64,000 nt of DNA. Source: Candidatus Micrarchaeota archaeon. GTDB lineage: Archaea; Micrarchaeota; Micrarchaeia; Anstonellales; Bilamarchaeaceae. The stretch lies in contig JBBSVN010000010.1 of NCBI GenBank assembly GCA_038046765.1, positions 32,001 through 96,000 of the forward strand, in the 5' to 3' direction. Both the position numbers and the translations under genes were made by a program. This document shows positions 19,049 to 29,443 of the stretch, one piece after another (position 1 is the stretch's first letter; each line of letters opens with the position of its first letter). Under the pieces are notes generated by a model. The model worked only from the letters and a program-made list of their open reading frames with translations. It ran no database searches and was not told the origin of the DNA.

Positions 19049-22000
19049 ATGAATGCAAAATCAATCTTCTTCCTATTGTTTGTATGTTTTGTTAGTTTAT
19101 CTGGTTTAGCTTTTTCTCTTCCACCTGCTCCAACAGGTGGCGCATCGGTAACTTCGTGCAATGTTTGTGAAGATTTATCTTCGTATCAATCTTCATACAT
19201 GAATCTCATTCCTAATGAACAAACTTACAGCATTAATGTTGGGTTTTCTTCAGGAGCGCAGCGATTACCTGTTGGTAATGCACCAATAATGGTAAGAATA
19301 ACGCCTCAGGCTGCAGGTGCGCAACAAGGCTCTGGAGTAAGTGCAAATGCAGGAAATGCTGGTGATGGTGGAATAACACAACAACCACAACAAAGGTTTG
19401 TTCGTATATATACTAATTCGCAAGGAATTGCAAATTTTGATTTTAGTACTTATAGTGATAGTTGTAATAATTACGAATTTTTCTATTGTTATTCTTCACG
19501 AAGTTGCGGGTTTGCAAATTGTTTGGCTGTTTTAGGAATTAATCCAACTACTTACGCAAGTGTCGATGCTGTTCCTCTAGCTCGAGGTGCAAGTGCTGCA
19601 TCTGGAACACAAAGTCCGCTTAGGGTATTATCTTCGTCTGCTAAATATTCCTATTGTCCACCGCCTCCAGGATTAGGTACAAATGGTCAGGTTCCTGCAT
19701 TTTGTCTTGCCTTAGTTTTAATTTTTGCATTACTTGGTGGTGCAATGTACGTTGGCGGAAGAAATCCGTTTATGATGTTCGATTTTAGCGCTCCAAGGTT
19801 AAGTAAACATATAAGGTACAGTGCAAGCGGAAGAAGTTTTAGTGTTGAGCCACTTAATGCGGCTAAGGCTGTTAGTACGGGAGCTAAACTTGCAACTAGT
19901 GCTGGACGAGATGATGTAAAAAAAGCTGAAAAAGGAAATCTTATTGGACAATTTAAGGGTCTAGCAGATAAAGTTAATATGGTACTTCCAACAGAACGAG
20001 GAAGTCAACTAAGGCAAAAAGCAAAAGATGCCAGAGAAGCTATGCGAACTGCTCCTACTGCTGATTCTTCTTCATCAATTTCAAACAGACTTGGAAGGTC
20101 GCTTGGTGATGCCGTTAATTTAGGTAAAGGAATGCCTATATTTTCAATTGGTGATAAAGCCAAATCTACTTTTGCTAGTGGCTTAGAGACAGGTGGAGAC
20201 ATATCAAAGAAACTTGGAATACCATCTATAGTTGGAAAATTTTTAGGAGTTGCAGGTGGTTTTCTTGGTGCATTTATCGCAGGAACATCAATCGGTATGC
20301 TCGTTTTAGATTTAGTTCGTTCAATGAAAGATGTTGGAAATGCATGGAACGCACATGGTAGTACAAAAGAAGCAGTAGAAGCTATGCAAGCAAGAACCTG
20401 CTTTGGACAATACTGCTATGAACAAAAAATTAAGACTGAACCTATGCTTGATAAAGACGGAAAACCAGTTCTAGGAAAAGAAGGTTTACCTATGCAAGTT
20501 CCTGTTTTAGATAAAAATGGACAGCCTCAGGTACTTTCTGTTCAATGGTATAATGGAAGTAAAAAAGTTAATGAATATGATATGCTACTTGATTCAAAAG
20601 GTAAATCTGTACTAGGCACTGATGGCAAACCTGTTTTAATATCTAATATTCCTTCCGTTGTTAAAAACGAAATGCTTCTAGATAGAAACTTTAAATTCGA
20701 GCGATTATTCGCAACTTTGCAAAAAGTAACTGCCGGTGAAATACGAGATCATAAACAAGCAGCTATGGAAAAGTTTGAATCATTCGTAGATGTTGATCCT
20801 AAGAAATTTGTTGCTTCAGTGCAGGCAGTTTCAAAAGAACTTAAAGCAAAGGTTGCTGCACTAGAAAAATTACCTCAAGATACGCAAACCAAGGAAAAGA
20901 TTGCTGAACTTAAATCTGTAGTTGCAAAAATAGATGTGGTAATTTCGCAGTCAAAAGGTAATTATGACTTAGCTTCAGTTAAGTTTGGCTTATTAGGCAC
21001 AGAATTCAAGGATGCATTAACTAAATCGATTGGTTTTGAATTTACTGGTAAAAAATCTGTAGTTTCCTTATCAGCTGAACTTGATTCTAAGTTAGATGAA
21101 CTTAAGAAATTACCTGCGACCGCAGAAACTACTTCAAAAATTGCAGAACTTAATACACTTATTTCAAAAGTCAATGGGGTCATATCGGAATCAAAAGGTA
21201 ATTTAGATTTAGCTTCAACTAAATTAGATTCACTGGGTGCTGGTTTTAAGGATTCTTTAACTCAATCTCTTGGTTCAGAACGTGGAGAAAAATTACTTCT
21301 TACAATGGAAGCAGCTGCTACAAAAGGAGCTTTAGAAATTGGTGCAGTAAGTACAATTAAAGAAAATATATCTTTCAAATTAAATAATCTAGCTGCTGAT
21401 GGGAAATTAGATTCTAAGGAATTAAAAGAACTTAAAACAGAATTAGTCCAAGCAGAAAAATCTGGAGATTACAGTAAAGTAACTGCAATCGTTTGCGGAA
21501 TGGAATCAAACACATCTCAAAAATCTGCGTTAGTTAGTGCAGTAGGAGAAAAAGCTGCAGAATTTTTAATTAGTGATGCAAGTACATTAAAAAATGCTCA
21601 GGCAACAATTGCGAAAGTCGAAACACTGCTTGCAGCAATTCCAGCAAAACAAATTGATAAATTAGATTTAGACGACTTGAAAAAATTAGTTGATGAAAAG
21701 AAATACGACCAAATTTTAGAGTACGTTGCAAAGCCATCTAATAATTACAAACTTCAAGGTTTGGCAGTTGAAACAGAAGGAGCTAAAGTTGCTGTTGTTA
21801 CTTTTGATTCCAAGGATGTTTCATCTGGTAAAATTTCTCTAAACGGTGCCAAGGAATTTGACTTCGTAGTTTCTTCAAAATCTCTTAGTGCAACAGAGAA
21901 AGTTGAATATGGTAAAAAAGCAGAAGCACTTGCAGAAGCTCTTTCAACACTTCCAGCTGAACAAAGAACTGAATATGGTTTAGACAAAATAATTAATGCA

Positions 22001-23782
22001 TTAGCTAGTGGCAATGCGGACAGTGTACAACAAGCATTTTACTCTGCCAAACTTCCAAAAGACCTAAATGATAAACTTGAAGAAGGATTATCTTCTGCCA
22101 GAGCAAGTACATACGTTGCAGAAATAAATAAAAATGTCAAAGACTTACCTTCATCTGTTTTTGCTGCAATCGAGTTAAATCGTGCAATTGAAGATGGTAA
22201 CTTTAATAATTTTTCAAAAATAATGACTGCCAGATCAAACAATGCATTTACCGAGTCCCTTATGCAGTTTTCCTATACTAATCGTGAACTAGTTGCTGAT
22301 TTGACATCAGTAAAACTTAGTGAACACTTAGTAATGTCAGCTCAGCAAAATGAAGACTTATTAAAGAAAATGAATGTTCAATTAGAATCCTTTGGTGCTG
22401 ACGCAAATAAATACCAGGGAATTAGTTCAAAATATCTTGGTAAAGCCGGAGATGAATTTACAGAAGTTGTTCGTGATGCAAGTCCAGAAAAACTTTTAGA
22501 ACTTAGTATGAAATATGAAAAAGACAAACAACTACTTTCAGCCGATGCTTCAAAATATGGTCTTAAACCAGAAGAGTTTAAACGAGACTTATCTGCAATG
22601 TACTCATTATCGTTAGGTTTAGAAGAAACCTATCAAAGAAACAAATCTGCTGCTGATGGAATATACATGCAAGGAATGACTTTTGTTGCTCCTTCGTTAG
22701 CTGCACAGGAAATTCTAAGTGCAACAATGCCAAAAGCACCAACAGTACCAACTTACAATGATTCAACTAAAATGCGCGATGTTTTAGAACACGCAGCAGA
22801 CAGCGTTGAATTAGCAGAGCGTGATAGGTTAAGATTCCAGGCACAGCTTAGTGCGAGTTTAGTTAATCCTAAGATTGACTTTTCGATATTCCAAATTTCA
22901 CCTGGTGCAGCAACACAAATTCCTCCTGCTGTTCAGAGGGATTATTATCGTGATATTGGGAGTTATTATGATAAAGTTGCAAATGGAAATGAAAGTAAGT
23001 ATTCTGAAAATTTTGCAACTCTAGGAAAAATAATGGGGCAGCTCGCAGAAGAAAAAAATCCTGAAAGAGCCAAGGAATTAATTGTTTGTGCAAGAGCTAT
23101 TGCAAATAATACTGGTACTGCCGATACATATTATCAATATGCCGAAAGAGCAGATCCTGACAAACCAGGTTATTTAGAAGGTTTTAATCGTTCAAGAAGA
23201 ATTGCTGAAGCTAGAGATACTGCTCAGACTGATGCTCTAAAATCTTTACCTAAAAAAGATATTGATGAGTTTACTAAAAATACTTTTTCAGGAGATTTAA
23301 TCCCTTCTTATGAAACAACCAATCCGGTAGAAAAAAAGAAGAATGACGAATTCCGTAAAGATGTACTATCTAAAATAAAGGGGGGCACTACTGATGAAAA
23401 AATTGAGTTTATGGTAAAATATTCTAAAGATGATGTCGTTGATAAATTTTTATTAGAACATAATGCTACTTTATCTAAGGAAGGTAAAAAACCTGAAGTA
23501 GTTTCCTATGAAAAAGTGCTTGGAGAATTTGCTATCTGGGAAACAAAAGAAAGTGCTGCTGTTGAAATGATGAAAGCTTCAAAAGATAAGAAATCTCCAG
23601 AATTGCAACCATTCGAACCTCCTAAATTTTCATTCCTTGATCAGGATAAATACAAATCGATAAGGACTGCATCGGAACGTTCTTATTCATCAGAAGAATA
23701 CAAAGACATATATGATATAGGAACTTCAGGTAGTAGAGGAATGCGTTACGATCCAATACTAAAACGCATGGTTTATGAATAG
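19049..23782 (+). CDS. 1577-aa membrane-anchored protein: Cys-containing extracellular head, TM segments, long helical tail with internal repeats
   Basis: Signal peptide. TM FCLALVLIFALLGGAMY followed by GRNPFMMFDFSAPR. Gly-rich hydrophobic segment near aa 390-420. LDKDGKPV-type repeats and an 80-aa duplication. Confidence 0.7.
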   Translation: MNAKSIFFLLFVCFVSLSGLAFSLPPAPTGGASVTSCNVCEDLSSYQSSYMNLIPNEQTYSINVGFSSGAQRLPVGNAPIMVRITPQAAGAQQGSGVSANAGNAGDGGITQQPQQRFVRIYTNSQGIANFDFSTYSDSCNNYEFFYCYSSRSCGFANCLAVLGINPTTYASVDAVPLARGASAASGTQSPLRVLSSSAKYSYCPPPPGLGTNGQVPAFCLALVLIFALLGGAMYVGGRNPFMMFDFSAPRLSKHIRYSASGRSFSVEPLNAAKAVSTGAKLATSAGRDDVKKAEKGNLIGQFKGLADKVNMVLPTERGSQLRQKAKDAREAMRTAPTADSSSSISNRLGRSLGDAVNLGKGMPIFSIGDKAKSTFASGLETGGDISKKLGIPSIVGKFLGVAGGFLGAFIAGTSIGMLVLDLVRSMKDVGNAWNAHGSTKEAVEAMQARTCFGQYCYEQKIKTEPMLDKDGKPVLGKEGLPMQVPVLDKNGQPQVLSVQWYNGSKKVNEYDMLLDSKGKSVLGTDGKPVLISNIPSVVKNEMLLDRNFKFERLFATLQKVTAGEIRDHKQAAMEKFESFVDVDPKKFVASVQAVSKELKAKVAALEKLPQDTQTKEKIAELKSVVAKIDVVISQSKGNYDLASVKFGLLGTEFKDALTKSIGFEFTGKKSVVSLSAELDSKLDELKKLPATAETTSKIAELNTLISKVNGVISESKGNLDLASTKLDSLGAGFKDSLTQSLGSERGEKLLLTMEAAATKGALEIGAVSTIKENISFKLNNLAADGKLDSKELKELKTELVQAEKSGDYSKVTAIVCGMESNTSQKSALVSAVGEKAAEFLISDASTLKNAQATIAKVETLLAAIPAKQIDKLDLDDLKKLVDEKKYDQILEYVAKPSNNYKLQGLAVETEGAKVAVVTFDSKDVSSGKISLNGAKEFDFVVSSKSLSATEKVEYGKKAEALAEALSTLPAEQRTEYGLDKIINALASGNADSVQQAFYSAKLPKDLNDKLEEGLSSARASTYVAEINKNVKDLPSSVFAAIELNRAIEDGNFNNFSKIMTARSNNAFTESLMQFSYTNRELVADLTSVKLSEHLVMSAQQNEDLLKKMNVQLESFGADANKYQGISSKYLGKAGDEFTEVVRDASPEKLLELSMKYEKDKQLLSADASKYGLKPEEFKRDLSAMYSLSLGLEETYQRNKSAADGIYMQGMTFVAPSLAAQEILSATMPKAPTVPTYNDSTKMRDVLEHAADSVELAERDRLRFQAQLSASLVNPKIDFSIFQISPGAATQIPPAVQRDYYRDIGSYYDKVANGNESKYSENFATLGKIMGQLAEEKNPERAKELIVCARAIANNTGTADTYYQYAERADPDKPGYLEGFNRSRRIAEARDTAQTDALKSLPKKDIDEFTKNTFSGDLIPSYETTNPVEKKKNDEFRKDVLSKIKGGTTDEKIEFMVKYSKDDVVDKFLLEHNATLSKEGKKPEVVSYEKVLGEFAIWETKESAAVEMMKASKDKKSPELQPFEPPKFSFLDQDKYKSIRTASERSYSSEEYKDIYDIGTSGSRGMRYDPILKRMVYE

Positions 23783-23794
23783 TCTAAATTCGTA

Positions 23795-24364
23795 ATGCTT
23801 TTAACCCCTCCCTCCATAATATATAACATGCAAAAACTAAAATTTAGTAGAAGTAAAATACTTACGGCTGTTTCATTAGCCTTTCTTTTAACTAGTTGTA
23901 AAAATAAAAGCGAAAACTTAAAAACTTCTGATGCGTCAGCTATTCCTGATGGTGCAATTATGGGAGATGAAGGAAAATTAAAAGGCTTGGTGCCGAAAAA
24001 GACATCAAATCTAGAAGGACTTACGCCAGAAGTAAGGGAATTTACGATTACAATAAGAGATATGCTCAAATCCTTAGATAATTTAGCAAAGAATCCAAAT
24101 CCAAAATTAAAGAAAATGAATACTGAACTTTCTAACCTAGAAGATAGAATCGAGAAAACACCCGTAACAGATAAACCTACGTTGATTAAACTGATGGCAG
24201 AACTTAAAAGTTACGAAAAAAAAATAAAAGAGCAGGCTGAAAAAGGAAGCGAAGGAGACAAAGCGCGTTATCAGTTAATGAGGGGAAAATTTCATGAAAT
24301 GGGTCGTGATCTCACACTTAAAATAGCAGAATCAAACCGAAGAAAAGATATACTTAAAAATTGA
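23795..24364 (+). CDS. Putative lipoprotein, helical/coiled-coil
   Basis: KILTAVSLAFLLTSC lipobox. Likely start is MQKLKF (ATG about 23828). Confidence 0.6.
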   Translation: MLLTPPSIIYNMQKLKFSRSKILTAVSLAFLLTSCKNKSENLKTSDASAIPDGAIMGDEGKLKGLVPKKTSNLEGLTPEVREFTITIRDMLKSLDNLAKNPNPKLKKMNTELSNLEDRIEKTPVTDKPTLIKLMAELKSYEKKIKEQAEKGSEGDKARYQLMRGKFHEMGRDLTLKIAESNRRKDILKN

Positions 24365-24368
24365 AAAA

Positions 24369-25673
24369 CTAGTCCATAATTCCTGAGCTTTTAAGAATTG
24401 GACTGGATTTATTAAAAAATCGTACGGCAAATGGATCCGAACTAATCGTCATGCTAAGTTTCGCGTACTTTTCAGGGTTTGACTGTAATTCATTAAGAAA
24501 AACCATTATTGGTCTTGCAGCTCGGATATCTGCGCGTTCATAATTCTTATCTTTTAATTCCATAGATAAAAGGGAAATCTGGATCGTCTCATTTTTAGTT
24601 AATTCTAATGAAGGCGTATTTGAAAAAAGTTCCCTGCGGTCAAATGCCTTGTTGAAAAAACCAGCTCCGAATACTGCATCGACAGAATCTCTCATTTTAG
24701 TAATGTCTCCTTTACTTAACGCATCTTTAGCTCCGGGAATTTTTTCAATTATTGCATAAACTGTTCCAGCAACTGGATAAACCATATCTCCTGAAACTCT
24801 GGATTCTTCCAATGTTGCTCTTCCTTCATTTAATGCGGTTGGGATGCTGCTACTTGAAGCAAGGCCACGTGCTCTAACTGCACGGTCAAGCTCGGCATGA
24901 GTTAATTCATGAACTAGTGTTCCTTTAAGCAAATTTGGATTTTGGCGTATTTCACCTAGATCAACTATAATCGTGCCGCGTTTGTCCTCTCCGTAAGCGA
25001 TGTTTTGATAAACTGCCTGACCCCTTACTTCTCCAGAAGGTACAATTTTGATTAAAGGCAAATCTTTTGATAACGAATTAAAATCAGGGGATTTAGTTGC
25101 AAGATATGAAGCGGCGGCTGCTAGTTCTTGTTGTGCAAACATAATAATTTGTTGATCAGTCCCAGTTTTCAAATAAGACAAATCTCTTTCAGGCACCTTT
25201 AATCTAGAAACTTTTTCTCCCTCAATTATTGTTGCAGTTGGCTTTTTAGATTCAATTAGTTTATCAACAAAACTTTTCAATTCTTTACTGCCTTGTTGGT
25301 ATTCTGCCCAACCTTGTTCTTTGTTTTCTGGTATAATTCCATACTTTGAAGTTATGCTATACATTTGTTCCATCTGGGACAAATTCAATAACTTTCCACT
25401 TTTTTTCAAAGACACCCGGTAAAAATCCATTTCAATTTTTAATGCTACAAATGGGCTAGTACTCGCTAATTCCCTAAATATTTCTTTTTTTACTTCGCTC
25501 TTTAAATCGCCTGATTTTTTAGATTGGTCGATTGCACGGCTAATTGCATCCTGCTTTGATTGATCTGATAATGTTGCACCATATTTTCGATAGTTGTCCA
25601 TTACAGTAGAAACAATTTTTTGTGCTTCTTCTTGTAATTTATTTAAGGGAGTAGAAATTTCTTTTTCAACCAT
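24369..25673 (-). CDS. Zinc metallopeptidase-like protein (gluzincin-type HExxH...E)
   Basis: LVHELTHAE followed by LNEGRA. No signal peptide. Confidence 0.6.
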   Translation of the reverse strand: MVEKEISTPLNKLQEEAQKIVSTVMDNYRKYGATLSDQSKQDAISRAIDQSKKSGDLKSEVKKEIFRELASTSPFVALKIEMDFYRVSLKKSGKLLNLSQMEQMYSITSKYGIIPENKEQGWAEYQQGSKELKSFVDKLIESKKPTATIIEGEKVSRLKVPERDLSYLKTGTDQQIIMFAQQELAAAASYLATKSPDFNSLSKDLPLIKIVPSGEVRGQAVYQNIAYGEDKRGTIIVDLGEIRQNPNLLKGTLVHELTHAELDRAVRARGLASSSSIPTALNEGRATLEESRVSGDMVYPVAGTVYAIIEKIPGAKDALSKGDITKMRDSVDAVFGAGFFNKAFDRRELFSNTPSLELTKNETIQISLLSMELKDKNYERADIRAARPIMVFLNELQSNPEKYAKLSMTISSDPFAVRFFNKSSPILKSSGIMD

Positions 25674-25760
25674 ATTAATATAAATGTGTTAATAATTAAA
25701 AGATAGCTTATCTAAAAAGATTATACAAAGTAAATTAAATCTCTGCTAGCATTATTTCTT

Positions 25761-27506
25761 ATGCAAATATTATGTAAACCCATCATTTTTATATTATTTT
25801 TGTTCATTCTTAGCTCCACATCATTTTCCGATAATACGTTTAGTAGGTTAAGGTTCGTAGCTACAAATCAGTTCTCTGCCCCTTTAGAAAATGTTTCATT
25901 TTTTCTGCAGTGTAATGTTGATTCTTCACCAATGCCAATATTTCCGATGAATGGCAAAACTTTTATCTGCCAGTCAAATAAAGCGGGTATTTGTGACCCT
26001 GGTGCATGTTTTGCCTGTTCTGCAAATTCTACTGCGACAGTTTACGCAGATTATTATGGTGAAGAAGTTTCCCAGTCAATAATTCGCTGGCAAGGATACC
26101 GCTATTATACGGACTGTTACGCTATAACTGCTCCTGCAAATACACTTTCCCCATTTATCTTTAGAGATTATGAGCTTATTATACAATTAAGGGATCAGAA
26201 TAGTGATTATGTAAAAGGAGCAAATATAATTGTGAGTTCCCTAAATTATTTTTATGCAACATGCCAGACTGATGAAGTCGGTGAATGTATACTATATAAT
26301 GTTCCTCAAGGTACCAGCTACAATGTAAAAGCAACTTACAATGATGCACAGATTGGGGATTCTTTTGCGCTAAATGATAACAAGATCCTTAAACTAATAA
26401 TTAATATTAAGCCAAAGTTATATAATTTAGAATTTAGGTTCTTTGATAAAAATAATAAACCAGTAAGTGGATTTGAACTTTTTGTATATTCCAATACTAA
26501 GTCCGCCTATCTGATTAATATAAAATCTACCAAAGTTAAAGAACTTGTTCAGATGTCTAAAGGAGATTCAATAAGTTATATCGCAAAATACCAGAATAAT
26601 ACCATAAAAACTGAAACATTCACAGCCGATTCAGATAAAAATATTTCCATCATCTTAAGCTGCGAATTATGCAATGATGGAGTTTGTAAATTGTCTTGTG
26701 CATTGCCAGCAATTCCTCAAGCAATCAATAATTCTAGTACTACTGAAGTTAATATTTCAATAAATAGTTCCCTAAATATAACCCAAAATAACATTTCCTT
26801 AGATGATTTCCTATACATCATAAATAAAATTGACTTACTTGTCCAAAAGGAAAAACAGAAAAAGCCTAAGCTAAAACTAGTTTTTGTACCCATTGGATAT
26901 AATGAAACAGATTACGAAGATTTTAAACAGATCGCCCAAGTCTCAGTTGACCGTTTTCTTGAAGTTAGTCCATTAAGGGAATGCAGTAATCCTAGAGATA
27001 CTGTTGATATCATTCTTATTAACTTAAGTTCTTGCAATATAAACGGCTGCTCAGAAATTTGCGATGATGGGACTTTAAATAATTGTCAGGTTCTTGTTCA
27101 AAAATGTGTAAAGGAGAATGTTCAAAAATACGACAAAATCATTGGTTTATGCGAGGGAAATTCTTGTGGTAGCCTTTCTGATGCAGGATGTGCAAATCAA
27201 ATTCCAGGAGTTAGTGCTGTATTAAATACTCAAAATAGTTTGACTATTTCAAAGAAAAGAGTAACTCATGAATTAGGGCACATTTTTGGATTATCTCACA
27301 TAAAATCAAAAGATGGTTTGAATGGATGTATTGATGATGAACAGGGAGCATGTATCGATCCAAATGGTTCTGATTGTAGTTTGTCTGCAGAAGAAATCTC
27401 AAAAAATATTATGGCTTATTGCCCAATTAGAGAAACGTATGGACCTGCAGGATATCGCTATCTTAAAAATATTGTACTTTACAACTATACAAAGGTGTGT
27501 AAATGA
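25761..27506 (+). CDS. Secreted metzincin-like metalloprotease with N-terminal Ig/carboxypeptidase-regulatory-like domains
   Basis: Signal peptide, THELGHIFGLSH (HExxHxxGxxH) and Met-turn-like NIMAY. Confidence 0.75.
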   Translation: MQILCKPIIFILFLFILSSTSFSDNTFSRLRFVATNQFSAPLENVSFFLQCNVDSSPMPIFPMNGKTFICQSNKAGICDPGACFACSANSTATVYADYYGEEVSQSIIRWQGYRYYTDCYAITAPANTLSPFIFRDYELIIQLRDQNSDYVKGANIIVSSLNYFYATCQTDEVGECILYNVPQGTSYNVKATYNDAQIGDSFALNDNKILKLIINIKPKLYNLEFRFFDKNNKPVSGFELFVYSNTKSAYLINIKSTKVKELVQMSKGDSISYIAKYQNNTIKTETFTADSDKNISIILSCELCNDGVCKLSCALPAIPQAINNSSTTEVNISINSSLNITQNNISLDDFLYIINKIDLLVQKEKQKKPKLKLVFVPIGYNETDYEDFKQIAQVSVDRFLEVSPLRECSNPRDTVDIILINLSSCNINGCSEICDDGTLNNCQVLVQKCVKENVQKYDKIIGLCEGNSCGSLSDAGCANQIPGVSAVLNTQNSLTISKKRVTHELGHIFGLSHIKSKDGLNGCIDDEQGACIDPNGSDCSLSAEEISKNIMAYCPIRETYGPAGYRYLKNIVLYNYTKVCK

Positions 27507-28054
27507 AAAATATTCTTTTAATACTTTTCTTTGTCGGTCTTACTTCTTTAATTTATTCTCAAATTTATGATTTAAGTTTGCTTATTTATAAAAATGATAG
27601 CGCAAAAATAGTTGATATATCTATATCTGATTTTGAGCCTGGCCCATTTCCAACTAGTCTAAATAATAATTATCATTTTGAAATTATTGATACGGAAAAT
27701 AAAATTATTTTTAATCAACCCTTCACAATGAGATTTGTTGTTTATCCAGACCCTTATGAAGATGGAACTGCAAGGGCTCAAGTAATCAATCTAAATCAAA
27801 CTTATAGTTTTTGGAGATTACCCTACTTCCAAAATGCAAAAACAATTCAGCTTTATCATGAAAATAAAAAAATCTGGGAATACAATGTCGAATACCTTTC
27901 TAATAAAACCTCACCCACCTTCCCAGAAAAACGATCTGGAGTTATGGGGGTTATAAATAACAATATTCTTTTGGTTCTTTCCGGTTTATGTTTGGCTTTC
28001 TTAGCTATCCTTGCTTTGGCTTTCTTAGTTTACAAAAAAGTTTTGAAAAAGTGA
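27503..28054 (+). CDS. Secreted, C-terminally anchored protein coupled to the protease gene
   Basis: Signal peptide, C-terminal TM plus KK tail, ATGA overlap. Confidence 0.7.
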   Translation: MKNILLILFFVGLTSLIYSQIYDLSLLIYKNDSAKIVDISISDFEPGPFPTSLNNNYHFEIIDTENKIIFNQPFTMRFVVYPDPYEDGTARAQVINLNQTYSFWRLPYFQNAKTIQLYHENKKIWEYNVEYLSNKTSPTFPEKRSGVMGVINNNILLVLSGLCLAFLAILALAFLVYKKVLKK

Positions 28055-28058
28055 TACT

Positions 28059-28394
28059 ATGAAGACGCAAATTTTCCTGTTTACAATCTTATTTTTGACT
28101 TTACTCGGTTGCACTCAAACTCCCCAGGGCAAAAACTGTGGGACTGATAAAGAGTGCCTCAAGTCAGCCTTTACAAGTTGTGAGCAAGCGTATGGAAAAT
28201 GGGTTGGTAAAAACGGAAATATCGGCATTCAAATTTTAAACAACTCTTCAGACAGTTGCAAAATTATATTTTTGGTTATGGACAGTAATCTGGAAATATC
28301 CAATAAAAGTATAAATTGCAGTTTTTCCCCCTCTAAAAATTTCTCGATTGTAGAAGATTGCAACGGTGAATTAAAAACTTTGCTTAGTAATTAA
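28059..28394 (+). CDS. Small Cys-rich lipoprotein
   Basis: LLGC lipobox and CGTDKECL.....SCE. Confidence 0.7.
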   Translation: MKTQIFLFTILFLTLLGCTQTPQGKNCGTDKECLKSAFTSCEQAYGKWVGKNGNIGIQILNNSSDSCKIIFLVMDSNLEISNKSINCSFSPSKNFSIVEDCNGELKTLLSN

Positions 28395-28411
28395 AACTAA
28401 GGTAAATATTT

Positions 28412-28747
28412 ATGGGCATTCTAGACATCTTCAAAACAATGCTAAAGGGAAATTCTAATTCCAACAAAGGTCAAAAACAAAAATGTCCAAATTGCGGCGA
28501 AATTCTATTTCTAAACCAAGAACGTTGCGAAAAATGCGGAATCAGAGTAAAATCAATGTTTAGGATGTCATGTCCTAAATGCAAAAATTTAAACGAACTT
28601 GATGCAAAAAAATGCACTAAATGCAAATACGATTTTGAAGCAGAGTTTGCAAGGGCAGCTAGGACATTCTTTGTCTGTCCCATTTGTGGTTATAAAAGTG
28701 AAGCATACTTGACAGAATGTCCTGCTTGCAGTACGAGATTTGGCTAG
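28412..28747 (+). CDS. Multi zinc-ribbon protein (double-ZR type)
   Basis: Six CxxC pairs. Confidence 0.85.
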   Translation: MGILDIFKTMLKGNSNSNKGQKQKCPNCGEILFLNQERCEKCGIRVKSMFRMSCPKCKNLNELDAKKCTKCKYDFEAEFARAARTFFVCPICGYKSEAYLTECPACSTRFG

Positions 28748-28820
28748 TCACTATTTATTGTCCAATGTTAGTCCTTTTTATTATTTCTCATTCCTTTATC
28801 TATAATATCAATTTGATCAA

Positions 28821-29402
28821 GTGATACTCATGCCTGAAGGAGCATTTAAGATGGAAGAAACCCACAAGAAGAAAATGGAAGAACATAAACGTAAGTTCAC
28901 TTATCTTCTTGACGAAGATCATACCGAAGTCAAACGCCTTAGCTTAGAAGATTTAGAAGAAGCCGTAAAAATAATGCGAAAGTGCGCTTTTGATGTAACT
29001 GATACTGATGTAAAAACAATAATTGTTTATAACAATAGTTTTGGATGCTATGTCAACAGGATGCTAATTGGTGTTGGTTTATCTTGGCCTGCACATCTTA
29101 ATTTAGACCAAAAAATCTTAACTGCAGGAGAGCCAAATGCGATATACTTAGAAGACCCAGCCGTATTGCTCGCTTACGAAGGTCGTGGATTAAGGCGAGT
29201 TTTATTACATGAACGGGAAAACGAAGGTAAAAAACTTAATTTAAAATACTCTATTGCATACTTAGCTGAAAATATCGAAAAAGGGACTTCTATAGAAGAA
29301 TCCATTAAAGAAGGCGGTTCGCAATTAGAAAAACTCTACTTATCCGAAGGCTACAAATTTTTTAGGACCGATCGCGGGATTATGGCATTAAAAGAATTGT
29401 AA
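28821..29402 (+). CDS. GNAT-fold protein
   Basis: AVLLAYEGRGLRRVLL (motif A-like) and KLYLSEGYK. Confidence 0.65.
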   Translation: MILMPEGAFKMEETHKKKMEEHKRKFTYLLDEDHTEVKRLSLEDLEEAVKIMRKCAFDVTDTDVKTIIVYNNSFGCYVNRMLIGVGLSWPAHLNLDQKILTAGEPNAIYLEDPAVLLAYEGRGLRRVLLHERENEGKKLNLKYSIAYLAENIEKGTSIEESIKEGGSQLEKLYLSEGYKFFRTDRGIMALKEL

Positions 29403-29443
29403 TTTTGGTTGACTTATTTAAACTTTATCCAATATATAGTATC

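Noticed and set aside
8350..23782. Provirus or conjugative element interpretation
   Set aside because: No integrase, capsid, terminase, relaxase or att sites recognised. ORF6N and mazEF alone are insufficient.
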